Both the position numbers and the translations under genes were made by a program. From assembly GCA_018666775.1 (NCBI GenBank), contig JABIXC010000010.1:193079-257078 (forward strand): a DNA stretch of 64,000 nucleotides, in the 5' to 3' direction. The notes beneath the pieces were generated by a model, which searched no databases, was not told the origin of the DNA, and saw only the letters and a list, made by a program, of their open reading frames with translations. Source of the stretch: Rhodospirillales bacterium. Its GTDB lineage: Bacteria; Pseudomonadota; Alphaproteobacteria; SMXQ01. Below are positions 1-9,501 of the stretch, piece after piece. Numbering within the stretch: the stretch's first letter is position 1; each line of letters begins with the position of its first letter.

Positions 1-1
1 T

Positions 2-460
2 ATCAATGCCTGAAATGCCCGGCATCTTGTTCTTTGCCAGCCAGGCTTGCAGGGGCTGGCTTGACCGCCAGCTGGAAGGTTCTGTGATGTCTGCGCGGAC
101 AATCATGGCGCGCGCCGCCGGTGTGGTGGTTTCGATGTCTTCTGCGTTGGTGCCGACATTGCCAATATGGGGAAAGGTGAAGGTGATGATTTGTCCCGCA
201 TAGGATGGGTCGGTCAGGATTTCCTGATAGCCGGTGATAGAAGTGTTGAAACACACCTCAGCTACGGTCTGACCCGCAGCCCCAAAGCCCCGGCCCCAAA
301 ACGTGGTGCCATCGGCCAGAACCAGCGCAGCGTTATCGTCTGGTGCCCGGGTTTTCAGGGCCCTGTTGATATTGGCTTTGATGGTTTTAGAAGAAGCAGA
401 AACCACGGCCCCCTTGCGCGCAATGCGCCGATTAGAGGGCGTCGAAGTGGCTTGCGCCAT
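2..460 (-). CDS. carA: Carbamoyl-phosphate synthase small subunit, 5' part (runs off the window start; not in the ORF track)
   Basis: Manual minus-strand translation from ATG at 460: [12 protein letters not shown]...[61 protein letters not shown], the CarA N-terminal signature. Candidate TTGACG-N17-TATCTA promoter at ~526-554. Start codon uncertain. Confidence 0.95.
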   Translation of the reverse strand, partial: MAQATSTPSNRRIARKGAVVSASSKTIKANINRALKTRAPDDNAALVLADGTTFWGRGFGAAGQTVAEVCFNTSITGYQEILTDPSYAGQIITFTFPHIGNVGTNAEDIETTTPAARAMIVRADITEPSSWRSSQPLQAWLAKNKMPGISGID

Positions 461-704
461 GGGGCATTTGTCCCTTGAGGGAAGTTTCCGATGGCCCGGA
501 TTGGGACACCGCATGATCGGGATGTTAGATAAGCAATCCAGCCCCGGGCGTCAAGGGGGAAGGGGCAAAACAGGGCTAAAATTTTTTATTATTTTTTTAT
601 TATTTTTCTGTTGTTTTTCAATGGCTTGTCATTTCTCTTGCCGTTGCCATTTTTTGGCAGTTTGTGGTAGTCTCCCGCCTTTCCCACAATGAATGGAACA
701 TTCC

Positions 705-1169
705 ATGCTGCGCCAAACCATCAACGAGGCGTTGAAGACGGCCATGAAAGCAAAAGAGAAGCGGACAATTTCGACGCTTCGGCTGATTATGGCGGCCCTC
801 AAGGATCGTGATATTGCTGCCCGCGGTGCTGGCGGAAATGATACTGGCATCGAAGAAGATGCCATTTTGGAAATGCTGCAAAAAATGATCAAGCAGCGCC
901 ACGATTCCATTGAACAATATACAAAGGGCAATCGCCCGGATCTGGTGACCCAGGAAAGCGAAGAAATTGATATCATCAATCGCTTCCTGCCCACGCAAAT
1001 GGGCGCGGATGAAATGGCCGCCGCCCTTGACGAAGTGATTTCAGGGCTGGGCGCATCGTCGATCAAAGACATGGGCAAGGTCATGGCTGCTTTGAAAGAA
1101 AAGTTTGCGGGCCGCATGGATTTTGGCAAGGCCTCAGGGCTTGTTAAAGCCCGGTTGAGCGCAGGCTAA
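705..1169 (+). CDS. GatB/YqeY domain protein
   Basis: LKTAMKAKEKRTISTLRLIMAALKD...QRHDSIEQYTKGNRPDL...KDMGKVMAALK is the YqeY pattern; usual position upstream of dnaG. Start 693 or 705. Confidence 0.92.
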   Translation: MLRQTINEALKTAMKAKEKRTISTLRLIMAALKDRDIAARGAGGNDTGIEEDAILEMLQKMIKQRHDSIEQYTKGNRPDLVTQESEEIDIINRFLPTQMGADEMAAALDEVISGLGASSIKDMGKVMAALKEKFAGRMDFGKASGLVKARLSAG

Positions 1170-1341
1170 GGCCTTTTTGGGGCGGTTCCCCATATTCCCC
1201 TTATTAAGAGTTATCCCCACTGGAATTTCTTTTCCACAAGCTGGGCAATTGCCCCCGACCTAGCCTCGGGCTAAACTTGCTTATCATTAATCAAAAGAAC
1301 ATCTGCCTTGCGGGCTGTTCTATGATGGGCATATTCACGTT

Positions 1342-3258
1342 ATGAGCTTTACGCCGCGTTTCCTTGATGAAATCCGCGCCCGGATTGGGCTTGCGGAGCG
1401 AATTTCGCGCAAGGTAAAGCTGGTGAAGCGAGGCCGTGAATATTCAGGCCTTTGTCCGTTTCATAATGAAAAATCACCGTCTTTCACCGTCAACGAAGAC
1501 AAGGGCTTTTATCATTGCTTTGGCTGTGGTGCCCATGGCGATGTGATCGGGTTCGTCATGCACACGGATAATTTATCCTTCCCCGAAGCGGTGGAACGAT
1601 TGGCCGATGATGCGGGAATAGAAGTCCCCGTCACCAGCCCCGAAGAACGCCAACGCGCCGAAGTGGCTGTGTCGCTTTACAGCGTGACTGAAAAGGCCTG
1701 TGCCTGGTTCGAAAGTGAATTGAGAGGCCCCCGTGGCGGGGCTGCGCGCAAGTACCTGCTAGAACGTGGCCTGGATGGGGAAACCGTTGCCAGATTCCGC
1801 ATTGGCTTTGCCCCCGATTCCAGAGATGCGTTAAAGACGGCCCTAGTGGGCAGTGGCGTCACGGAATCGCTTTTGGTGACATCCGGTCTTTTGATCCAGC
1901 CCGATGAAGGGCGTTCCAGTTATGATCGTTTCCGGGGCCGGGTGATTTTTCCCATCTTTGACCGGCGCGGGCGTCCGGTGGCATTTGGGGGGCGTATTTT
2001 AGGCGATGGGACCCCTAAATATCTGAATTCTCCTGAAACGCCCCTGTTCCAGAAAGGCAACCTTCTCTATGGCTGGTCCCATGCGCTAAAGGGTGCCCGG
2101 GAAACCGGAAATCTGGCCGTAACGGAAGGCTATATGGATGTTATTGCGCTGATCCGCGCAGGCATTCCTGCCATGGCACCCCTTGGCACGGCGCTCACGG
2201 AAGCACAGATTGTGTCGCTGTGGCGGGTGGTTGATGAACCGGTGTTGTGTTTCGATGGGGATGCGGCGGGCCAAAGGGCCAGCTTGCGCGCCGCCGAACG
2301 GGCGCTGCCCCTGTTAAAGCCTGGATCAAGTTTCCGTTTTGTCACCCTGCCCCCAGGCGAAGACCCAGACAGTCTGGTCAAAAGCCGTGGGGGTCGCGGC
2401 ATTGAAGCCCTGATGGAAACGGCCAAGCCTTTGGCTGAGGTGATCTGGGGCATGGAAACAATGGGCAAACCCATCGACACGCCGGAACGCCGGGCCTTGG
2501 TGGAAAAAAATCTGATGGCCCGTGCCCGGTCCATCGAAGACCAACAGGTGCAGGAATACTATGTGCAACATTTCCGCAAACAGTTGCGCGATGCGTTTTC
2601 TGATTTTACCCCGGTCAAGGGGGCGCGCCGGCCCAACATGAATGCGTCTCGTCTGTCCCGACTGGCCAGCGATCCTTTGATCGGTACTGAAGAAGGCCGG
2701 GCCGAGGCACGGGAACGGGTTTTGGTGGCAACGGTGTTGAACCATCCAGCGCTGCTGGGTGAGGTTGCGGAAGACTTCATCAGTGTGGATATCGGCAGCC
2801 ATGAGCTGGATAGCCTGCGCCAGGCCATCTTGGATGTCGCGGCCACAGAAGATAATCAGGGTGCAGACGATCTGGATGCGGCCAAGCTGGCGCGGGGCTT
2901 GAGTGATCGCGGATTTGGTCGCGTTGTTGATGGATTGGGTGGCCAGGCACGGGTGCTGGATTGGTTCGCTCGCCCCAGTGCGGCCGTGGAAGATGCGTTG
3001 AAGGGATTTCAGAAAGCCCTCGAATTGCATCGCCATTTCAGCATTGGGCGGACTGAATTGACGGTTTGTGAGTCCGCTTTTGCGGAAAACCCCACCGAAG
3101 AAAACTGGCTGCGGCTGCAAAATCTCAAGAAAAGTATGGAATCTAACCTGATCGAAACCGAAGGGGACGAAGATTTTGGTCCTGCATCGGGGCGAAATGC
3201 GACCAGAACCGGGACCCAAAGCACCCCTTCGGCAAAAATTACGAGTGAAGATGGTTAA
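1342..3258 (+). CDS. dnaG: DNA primase
   Basis: CHC2 zinc finger (CPFHNEKSPSF...HCFGCG), KYLNSPET, TOPRIM motifs EGYMDV and CFDGDAAG. Confidence 0.98.
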   Translation: MSFTPRFLDEIRARIGLAERISRKVKLVKRGREYSGLCPFHNEKSPSFTVNEDKGFYHCFGCGAHGDVIGFVMHTDNLSFPEAVERLADDAGIEVPVTSPEERQRAEVAVSLYSVTEKACAWFESELRGPRGGAARKYLLERGLDGETVARFRIGFAPDSRDALKTALVGSGVTESLLVTSGLLIQPDEGRSSYDRFRGRVIFPIFDRRGRPVAFGGRILGDGTPKYLNSPETPLFQKGNLLYGWSHALKGARETGNLAVTEGYMDVIALIRAGIPAMAPLGTALTEAQIVSLWRVVDEPVLCFDGDAAGQRASLRAAERALPLLKPGSSFRFVTLPPGEDPDSLVKSRGGRGIEALMETAKPLAEVIWGMETMGKPIDTPERRALVEKNLMARARSIEDQQVQEYYVQHFRKQLRDAFSDFTPVKGARRPNMNASRLSRLASDPLIGTEEGRAEARERVLVATVLNHPALLGEVAEDFISVDIGSHELDSLRQAILDVAATEDNQGADDLDAAKLARGLSDRGFGRVVDGLGGQARVLDWFARPSAAVEDALKGFQKALELHRHFSIGRTELTVCESAFAENPTEENWLRLQNLKKSMESNLIETEGDEDFGPASGRNATRTGTQSTPSAKITSEDG

Positions 3259-3287
3259 CCCGATTGATAATTTGTGGGGTTGGGGGT

Positions 3288-3316
3288 CTTGAATAATAGA
3301 GGTTTAGGCCTTATCT
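3288..3316 (+). promoter_or_regulatory. Candidate RpoH (sigma32)-type promoter upstream of rpoD
   Basis: CTTGAA-N15-CCTTATCT in the dnaG-rpoD gap resembles the alphaproteobacterial RpoH consensus CTTGAA-N15/16-CCTATAT. Confidence 0.5.
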
Positions 3317-3432
3317 ATGCCTTGCCGTTGCGCTGGCCTAATTTTAGGCTGGCCGCGAACGGCTTGTCTGTGTCCATTCTGTCTCCGTTAAAGCGCGAGA
3401 TTCTGGCACATCGAAGCGGGGTAAATTGATCA

Positions 3433-5733
3433 ATGGCGACTAAATTACAGCAAAAGTCCAAATCCAAGGCCAAGCCAAAGCCTGTGCTGAAGGCAAAACC
3501 AAAGCCTGCATTGAAGGCCAAGCCAGCACCCAAGGCAAAATCAAAGCCCGCGCTGAAGGCAAAACCAGAGCCAAAGGTAAAAGCCAAGGTAAAGGCAACG
3601 GCAACGGCCAAACCAGCACCCAAAGCGAAATCAAAAGCTGCGCTGAAAACGAAGCCAAAAGCCAAGGCCAAAGTAAAGGCAGACCAGAAGTCGGCCCCGA
3701 AGAAAAAATCTGAAGTAGTAGAAGAATCGTCAGAAGAGAATGCTACAGAAGGTCCCGTCATTGATGCCCTTGGCGCGACCATCAAGAAAATTCTGGCCAA
3801 GGGAAAAGAACGCGGTTTTGTCACCTGTGATGAACTGAACGAAGCCCTGCCCCAAGACCAGTTTACGTCTGAACAAATTGAAGACCTGATGGCGCAGCTC
3901 AATGAAATGGGCGTGAGCGTTGTAGAGAACGAAGAGACCGAAGATGGTTCTTCCCCTGCAGCTGCCGGAAGCCCCGATGCAGGAAAGGCACCTGCGACAA
4001 AAACCACGACGCGATCCGATGACGAATATGGCCGCACCGATGATCCTGTTCGCATGTATCTGCGCGAAATGGGCTCTGTTGAGCTTCTGTCGCGTGAAGG
4101 CGAAATTGAAATTGCCAAGCGTATAGAGGCCGGCCGTGAAGAAATGATTGGCGGCATCTGTGAAAGCCCGCTGACCCTTGCTGCACTGACCGAATGGCGC
4201 GACGCGTTAAAGAGCGAAGACCTTTTGCTGCGCGACATCATTGATCTTGATGCCACCTATGGCGGCGGACCCGGCCAAACCGCACAGAATCAGAACAACC
4301 CGAACAATCCGAATAACCCGAACCATCCGAACCATCCGAACAATCCGAACAACCAGAAGAATGGCGCGGCACAGCCCAATGGCGCGGCCCAGCCAAACGG
4401 CGCGGCGGCCCCTGGTGCTGCAGCCAATAAAGACGATGACGACGAAGAAGATGATGCCGAAGTAAACCTTTCGCTTGCCGTCATGGAAGAGCGGCTTAAG
4501 CCAAAGGTTCTGAAAAATCTGGATGATATTGCCAAGACCTTTAAACGGCTGAAAACCCATCAAGATAAAAGGATGGAAATCGTCCGCAAGGGTCAATCTC
4601 TGCCCCCTGCCATCGAAAAACGTTATGAAAAGCTGACCCGCGAACTGATCGACCTGATGGAAGGTGTCCATCTTAACAATGGTCGCATTGAACAGTTGAT
4701 GGATGAATTGTATGGCCTAAACCGCCGTATGGTGGGGCTGGAAGGTCGCCTTTTGCGTCTGGCGCTTAAGCAGAAGATCAGCCGGGAAAGCTTTTTGGAA
4801 AAATATTCAGGCGCTGAAGTCGATCCCAACTGGCTGCGCCGGGTATCCAAGCTCAAGGAAAAGGGCTGGAAGGCATTTGCCGAAAAGCACAAAGATGAGA
4901 TCAAGGAAATCCGTGGCGATATCGTGGTGATCACCGAGCGTTCCATGCTGGATGTTGATGAGTTCAAGCGCATCGTCCACCGGGTCCAGCGTGGCGAGCG
5001 TGAAGCGGCGCGCGCCAAGAAGGAAATGGTCGAAGCCAACCTGCGGCTGGTTATTTCCATCGCCAAAAAATATACCAATCGTGGCCTGCAATTCCTGGAT
5101 CTGATTCAGGAAGGCAACATTGGCCTGATGAAGGCGGTGGATAAATTTGAATATCGCCGGGGTTATAAATTCTCCACCTATGCGACGTGGTGGATCAGGC
5201 AGGCCATTACCCGTTCCATTGCCGATCAGGCCCGGACCATTCGTATCCCTGTCCACATGATTGAGACCATCAACAAGCTGGTTCGGACCTCGCGCCAGAT
5301 GCTCCATGAATTTGGTCGTGAAGCAACGCCGGAAGAATTGGCAGAACGTCTTGGCATGCCTTTGGAAAAAGTGCGTAAGGTTCTGAAAATTGCCAAGGAA
5401 CCCATCAGTCTGGAAACCCCCATTGGCGATGAAGAAGACAGCCATCTTGGCGACTTTATCGAAGATAAAAATGCCATCCTTCCCGTAGAAGCGGCGATCC
5501 AGTCCAATCTCAGGGAAACCACCACCCGGGTTTTGGCATCCTTGACGCCGCGCGAAGAACGCGTGCTGCGGATGCGCTTTGGCATCGGCATGAACACAGA
5601 TCATACGTTGGAAGAAGTGGGCCAGCAGTTCTCGGTTACTCGTGAACGTATCCGCCAGATCGAAGCCAAGGCATTGCGCAAATTGAAACACCCCTCGCGC
5701 TCACGGCTTTTGCGGTCCTTCCTGGATACCTAA
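3433..5733 (+). CDS. rpoD: RNA polymerase primary sigma factor with a long K/A/P-rich N-terminal extension
   Basis: Region 1.2 [11 protein letters not shown], region 2 [61 protein letters not shown], region 4 [27 protein letters not shown]; follows dnaG. Confidence 0.99.
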   Translation: MATKLQQKSKSKAKPKPVLKAKPKPALKAKPAPKAKSKPALKAKPEPKVKAKVKATATAKPAPKAKSKAALKTKPKAKAKVKADQKSAPKKKSEVVEESSEENATEGPVIDALGATIKKILAKGKERGFVTCDELNEALPQDQFTSEQIEDLMAQLNEMGVSVVENEETEDGSSPAAAGSPDAGKAPATKTTTRSDDEYGRTDDPVRMYLREMGSVELLSREGEIEIAKRIEAGREEMIGGICESPLTLAALTEWRDALKSEDLLLRDIIDLDATYGGGPGQTAQNQNNPNNPNNPNHPNHPNNPNNQKNGAAQPNGAAQPNGAAAPGAAANKDDDDEEDDAEVNLSLAVMEERLKPKVLKNLDDIAKTFKRLKTHQDKRMEIVRKGQSLPPAIEKRYEKLTRELIDLMEGVHLNNGRIEQLMDELYGLNRRMVGLEGRLLRLALKQKISRESFLEKYSGAEVDPNWLRRVSKLKEKGWKAFAEKHKDEIKEIRGDIVVITERSMLDVDEFKRIVHRVQRGEREAARAKKEMVEANLRLVISIAKKYTNRGLQFLDLIQEGNIGLMKAVDKFEYRRGYKFSTYATWWIRQAITRSIADQARTIRIPVHMIETINKLVRTSRQMLHEFGREATPEELAERLGMPLEKVRKVLKIAKEPISLETPIGDEEDSHLGDFIEDKNAILPVEAAIQSNLRETTTRVLASLTPREERVLRMRFGIGMNTDHTLEEVGQQFSVTRERIRQIEAKALRKLKHPSRSRLLRSFLDT
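4294..4413 (+). repeat. In-frame tandem repeats inside rpoD: 7 x 9 bp (N-N/H-P) and 3 x 18 bp (NGAAQP)
   Basis: AACAACCCG AACAATCCG AATAACCCG AACCATCCG AACCATCCG AACAATCCG AACAACCAG at 4294-4356; AATGGCGCGGCACAGCCC-like units at 4360-4413. Confidence 0.9.
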
Positions 5734-5753
5734 AACACTGCATTTCAGACACG

Positions 5754-5789
5754 AAAAAACGGTGCAATTTTGGTTGCACCGTTTTTTTT
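5754..5789. terminator. Rho-independent terminator after rpoD, probably bidirectional
   Basis: AAAAAACGGTGCAA-ttttgg-TTGCACCGTTTTTTTT hairpin with A and T tails between convergent genes. Confidence 0.9.
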
Positions 5790-5920
5790 GTGTTTCTGAC
5801 GCCCTCCACCTTTGATCAAGGAAGGGCTCCAGCATTTCCGGTGCGGATGGCGGCAGACAGATCGTCCATCGCCACCCGCAGGGAATTTAAGGTATCAGCC
5901 CTGAATAAAAGGCTGAGACC

Positions 5921-7015
5921 TTATTTCTTTTTACGCTTTTTCTTTTTCTTGCACTTTTTAGAGACCTTTGGGTTGCACCGTCCTTTACGCGCGCGGAAGG
6001 CCTTTTCCGCCCGCTTTAGAATGGATTTTGGCGTTGCGTAAATTGCTGCCATGACGACCCCGATCCGTTCCCCATTTGAAGGAACGAGTTCCAGTTTCAT
6101 TTTTTTGGCTTCGGCCAAAAACTTCGGGTCCTTGATGGTGGCCCCGAAAGCCGCACGCCATTCCTTTGTCCTTGTGCTGTTTGTGCCAGGCGGCAGAGCG
6201 AAGGCATTGGAAATCTCGAGGGGTTGGTACATGAACCGGATCAGTGCTTTGGCCTCGTCGTTGAGGGCAAGGTCTATGGCACGTGGGACGCCGGGAAGCA
6301 TGGGATGGGCCCTGGGACCGATCTGGACCAGAAAACGAACGTATTTACTTGCAATCCAGTCTGGATGAACGGCCTGGAGGGATGCGTAACTGGCGCAGCG
6401 ACCTGCGGTTTCGCCCCGTTCAATTGCAAGGTAGGTGCCGCCCGATCCCCGATAACCGGTGATTGGGTTGAACCGTGTGCCGATGGCGGCATTCAGGGCG
6501 AGTGGTGTTTTCGATGTGCCGGATCGTGCCCCGGTCGCGGCCATTTTTACGGCTTTGTCCCGTGCGTCCTGAACCGTCTTGAAACCGGAATCTGAACGAA
6601 CGTAACAGGCCTGGATATTGCTCTGAAGGCTGCCGATCCAGACGAACTTTTGCATGTCGTAGTTATATTTGCGTTTTGGCCGCAGAAGGGGATCGGTAAT
6701 CGGCCCCTGTGCCCAAGTGGCGAATTCAGTGCCATCATTTTTAGCCCGATTATACAGCGTCGTGACGGCGCCCATGCCACCGGCACCCGGTAAGTTGCGG
6801 GCTACGAATTCCGGGTTCCCTGGCAGATGCCGCATCACGTGACGCGCAAACGTGCGTCCATAGAGGTTAACGCCACCGGAAACGCCGCCGCCGATCCAGA
6901 GCGTCAGGGTTTTTCCTTTGAAAAATGGAGCAGCCTGTGCCGGGCTGCCAGCGAGGCTTCCGAGGGCAACGGCAACAGCCAGCCCGAAAGCGGCCACCTT
7001 GATTGTTTTAATCAT
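5921..7015 (-). CDS. Tripartite tricarboxylate transporter substrate-binding protein (Bug/TctC family)
   Basis: Signal peptide ending SPAQA; FFKGKTLTLWIGGGVSGG, NLPGAGG, DGT, ITGYRGSGGTYLAIERGETAG, PPGT, DPKFLAEAKK; downstream of a tctA-like gene. Confidence 0.85.
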   Translation of the reverse strand: MIKTIKVAAFGLAVAVALGSLAGSPAQAAPFFKGKTLTLWIGGGVSGGVNLYGRTFARHVMRHLPGNPEFVARNLPGAGGMGAVTTLYNRAKNDGTEFATWAQGPITDPLLRPKRKYNYDMQKFVWIGSLQSNIQACYVRSDSGFKTVQDARDKAVKMAATGARSGTSKTPLALNAAIGTRFNPITGYRGSGGTYLAIERGETAGRCASYASLQAVHPDWIASKYVRFLVQIGPRAHPMLPGVPRAIDLALNDEAKALIRFMYQPLEISNAFALPPGTNSTRTKEWRAAFGATIKDPKFLAEAKKMKLELVPSNGERIGVVMAAIYATPKSILKRAEKAFRARKGRCNPKVSKKCKKKKKRKKK

Positions 7016-7126
7016 CTTTCTTCTCCCGTTTGGTTGGTTTAATTTTTTTATATGCGGTTCAATTTCTGTTTCATAGTCCGTTGGCCGGGTACAGGTGTCA
7101 ATCCCGATGGTCGTTCGGGGGTTTGC

Positions 7127-9190
7127 CTACATGGATGGAATGGTGTCATGGAGGATCGGGAACAGGTCGCCGAGGACGGTCGCTGGCCAGGGCAGCAGTA
7201 ACAATTTTTCAAAGAGCAGGTATGAAAATACCGTCATCCCCGTCGCTAGAATAGCGACGAGCCGCCATGGCTCCCGCCCTTCAACCCGCATGTAGGCGAT
7301 AACGAAAAGGGTTACCGTCGGGATCATGCCGATAAGGGCGACAAAAACCATGAAGCCCAGAAGCCATCCAAAGAAAGCCGCAGCCCGCTTCAGCATGTCA
7401 CGCGTCGGCAGCCCCTGATCATCGGCTCTTGTATCAAGATGCAATTCTTTGCGGATTTTGGCACCGTCGTCTCCAACAGCATCGTCATCATCATTCCGGA
7501 ACGTGTGGTTGAACAGGCTGATAGCCGAGAACAGCAGGGCCGAATAGAGAACGATCAGTGGGACAATTTTGGATAACGGGTCCCAGTCTCGGGTCAGCCA
7601 GAGAAGCCAGACGAACAGGCTGATATAAGCGGCGTAGAAAGCAGTTTGTATGTTGACCTTCGGGCGGCTCATATTTTTTAACATTGCACCAACGCCACTG
7701 GATGCTTTTACTTCGCGGATAAAAGGCCGGGCAATCCCAATAAGGGCCATGCCAAACAGAATGATCACGCCGGGACGCCACAGCCAGTCAAAGCCAAAGA
7801 GATCGACCGAAACGAACATATATCGCTCGACAATATCGCCAAGGACCACCCCCAGGATCAGCGGGGGTCGTGGCCAGGAAAGGCGTTTCATGATCCACCC
7901 CACAAGTCCGAAAATGAATACGGCGTAGAGATCGCCCCATTTTCGTGACCCCTGGAAGGCTGCAATGAAGACGATGGACAGGATCAGCGGCATCAACACC
8001 GAAAAACGGATCAGTGCCAGTTTGGCGAACTGGTCGGAAAACATAAAACAGATGCCGGCCCCAAGAATGTTCGCGAGCGCAACCGACCACACCATTGAAT
8101 AGGTAAGGTCAAGATGCGTGGTCAGCATTTCCGGTCCGGGCTGTAGCCCGTGGATCATGAACGCCCCGAGCAGAATAGCCATCCCCGCAGAGCCGGGAAC
8201 GCCGAATGCGATGGTCGGCACAAGCGCGCCGCCTTCCTTGGCATTGTTGGCGCCTTCTGACGATATGACGCCCCGGATATCGCCTGTGCCGAACGTTTCC
8301 GATCCGCCTTTTTCCGATTTTGCGCCATAGCCATAAGCGATCCAGTCCACAACAGGCCCGCCGAGACCAGGCACCGCGCCCAGCGCCGCACCCAGCCAAG
8401 CCACCCGAAGGACCAGCCACCAGTTTTTGAACGTATCCCTGACACCCTGCATCTGTCCCTTGCGGCTATCGACATGGGAATCCGAAGCGATGGATCGCCT
8501 CTGGATGGCCATGTCAGCAAGTTCAGGCAGGGCGAACAGGCCAAGCGAGATGGGGACAAGGGGGAACCCTTCAAAAAGGTAAAGGGTATCAAAGGACCAG
8601 CGCTGGTTCCCGGTCTGCGGATCGGTTCCAACAAAGGAAATCAGGAGTCCCAGCGCCGCTGCGCAAAGGCCGCGAAGCGGCGAGGACCCGGACAGGACCG
8701 CGACCATAGACAGGCCAAAAATGGCAAGCCCCAGCATTTCCGGAGACCCAAAAGACAGCATGACCGGTCGCAAGATGGGAATGCTGATGGCAAGAAGAAA
8801 AGCACCAAAAATGCCGCCAAGAAGGGACGCCGTATATGCCGCCCCGAAGGCCCGGCCGGCTTGGCCCTGTTTGGCGAGTGGGTGCCCATCAAGAATCGTT
8901 GCAGCAGATCCCGACGTCCCGGGGACCCCGAACAGGACTGCCGGGATTGTATCCGATGTGGTGGTTACCGAACCCATGCCCAACAGAAGTGCAAAGGCGG
9001 CATAGGTATCCATGCCAAATGTAAAGGGAAGCAGAATGGCGAGCCCGACAATGCCACCAAGGCCCGGGATCACGCCAAGAACAAGGCCTATAATAACGCC
9101 CAGAAAAAGGAAACCCAGTCGCATCGGGTCAGACATGATGACAACCGCATTCCCGGCCGCATCCAACATTTCAACAAGCATATTTACCAC
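7127..9190 (-). CDS. Tripartite tricarboxylate transporter permease TctA fused to a C-terminal TctB-like domain
   Basis: GVIPGLGG, VPGTSGSAATILDGHPLAKQGQAGRA, EGANNAKEGGALVPTIAFGVPG, GLQPGP, PRPPLILGVVLG; ~170 extra C-terminal aa with 4-5 TM segments ending in LLLLPWP. Confidence 0.9.
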   Translation of the reverse strand: MVNMLVEMLDAAGNAVVIMSDPMRLGFLFLGVIIGLVLGVIPGLGGIVGLAILLPFTFGMDTYAAFALLLGMGSVTTTSDTIPAVLFGVPGTSGSAATILDGHPLAKQGQAGRAFGAAYTASLLGGIFGAFLLAISIPILRPVMLSFGSPEMLGLAIFGLSMVAVLSGSSPLRGLCAAALGLLISFVGTDPQTGNQRWSFDTLYLFEGFPLVPISLGLFALPELADMAIQRRSIASDSHVDSRKGQMQGVRDTFKNWWLVLRVAWLGAALGAVPGLGGPVVDWIAYGYGAKSEKGGSETFGTGDIRGVISSEGANNAKEGGALVPTIAFGVPGSAGMAILLGAFMIHGLQPGPEMLTTHLDLTYSMVWSVALANILGAGICFMFSDQFAKLALIRFSVLMPLILSIVFIAAFQGSRKWGDLYAVFIFGLVGWIMKRLSWPRPPLILGVVLGDIVERYMFVSVDLFGFDWLWRPGVIILFGMALIGIARPFIREVKASSGVGAMLKNMSRPKVNIQTAFYAAYISLFVWLLWLTRDWDPLSKIVPLIVLYSALLFSAISLFNHTFRNDDDDAVGDDGAKIRKELHLDTRADDQGLPTRDMLKRAAAFFGWLLGFMVFVALIGMIPTVTLFVIAYMRVEGREPWRLVAILATGMTVFSYLLFEKLLLLPWPATVLGDLFPILHDTIPSM

Positions 9191-9399
9191 CCACGCGCCC
9201 GTTTACAGGGCAACTTTTGTTCTATTTTGACGGGGGCACATTTCTTCTGACCCCCTTGGCCCCAGAATGTCATGGTCCGGGGGGGGCTGGCAACCCACAA
9301 CGCCTGCTTTAAACGGGACTGCTTTCGCCTCTGCGATTTATTTTGTGTGTTTGGCATCCCGCCCTTGGACGAAGGCGGGGAAATCGGGTAATTTGCGGT

Positions 9400-9475
9400 G
9401 GGCCCGTAGTTCAGTGGTTAGAACCCACCGCTCATAACGGTGTTGTCGCTGGTTCGAATCCAGCCGGGCCCACCA
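9400..9475 (+). tRNA. tRNA-Ile2 (anticodon CAT, lysidine type; ileX-like)
   Basis: 76-nt cloverleaf GGGCCCG/CGGGCCC acceptor stem, D arm GTTC-AGTGGTTA-GAAC, anticodon arm CACCG-CTCATAA-CGGTG, T arm GCTGG-TTCGAAT-CCAGC, encoded CCA. Resembles E. coli ileX and lacks initiator-tRNA features; Ile2 versus elongator Met is inferred. Confidence 0.92.
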
Positions 9476-9501
9476 TTTTTGCGCGATTAGGGGAAGAAAA
9501 C

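Noticed and set aside
4294..4413. CRISPR-like repeat array
   Set aside because: Short in-frame coding tandem repeats with no spacers and no cas genes
2326..5691. Long antisense ORFs over dnaG/rpoD (and similar ones over metH, thiC and the mur genes)
   Set aside because: Shadow frames of GC-rich coding genes with no recognisable motifs or RBS
9343..9501. N-terminal extension of the VOC ORF given by the ORF track
   Set aside because: Overlaps the tRNA; ATG 9502 has its own RBS and starts the VOC domain
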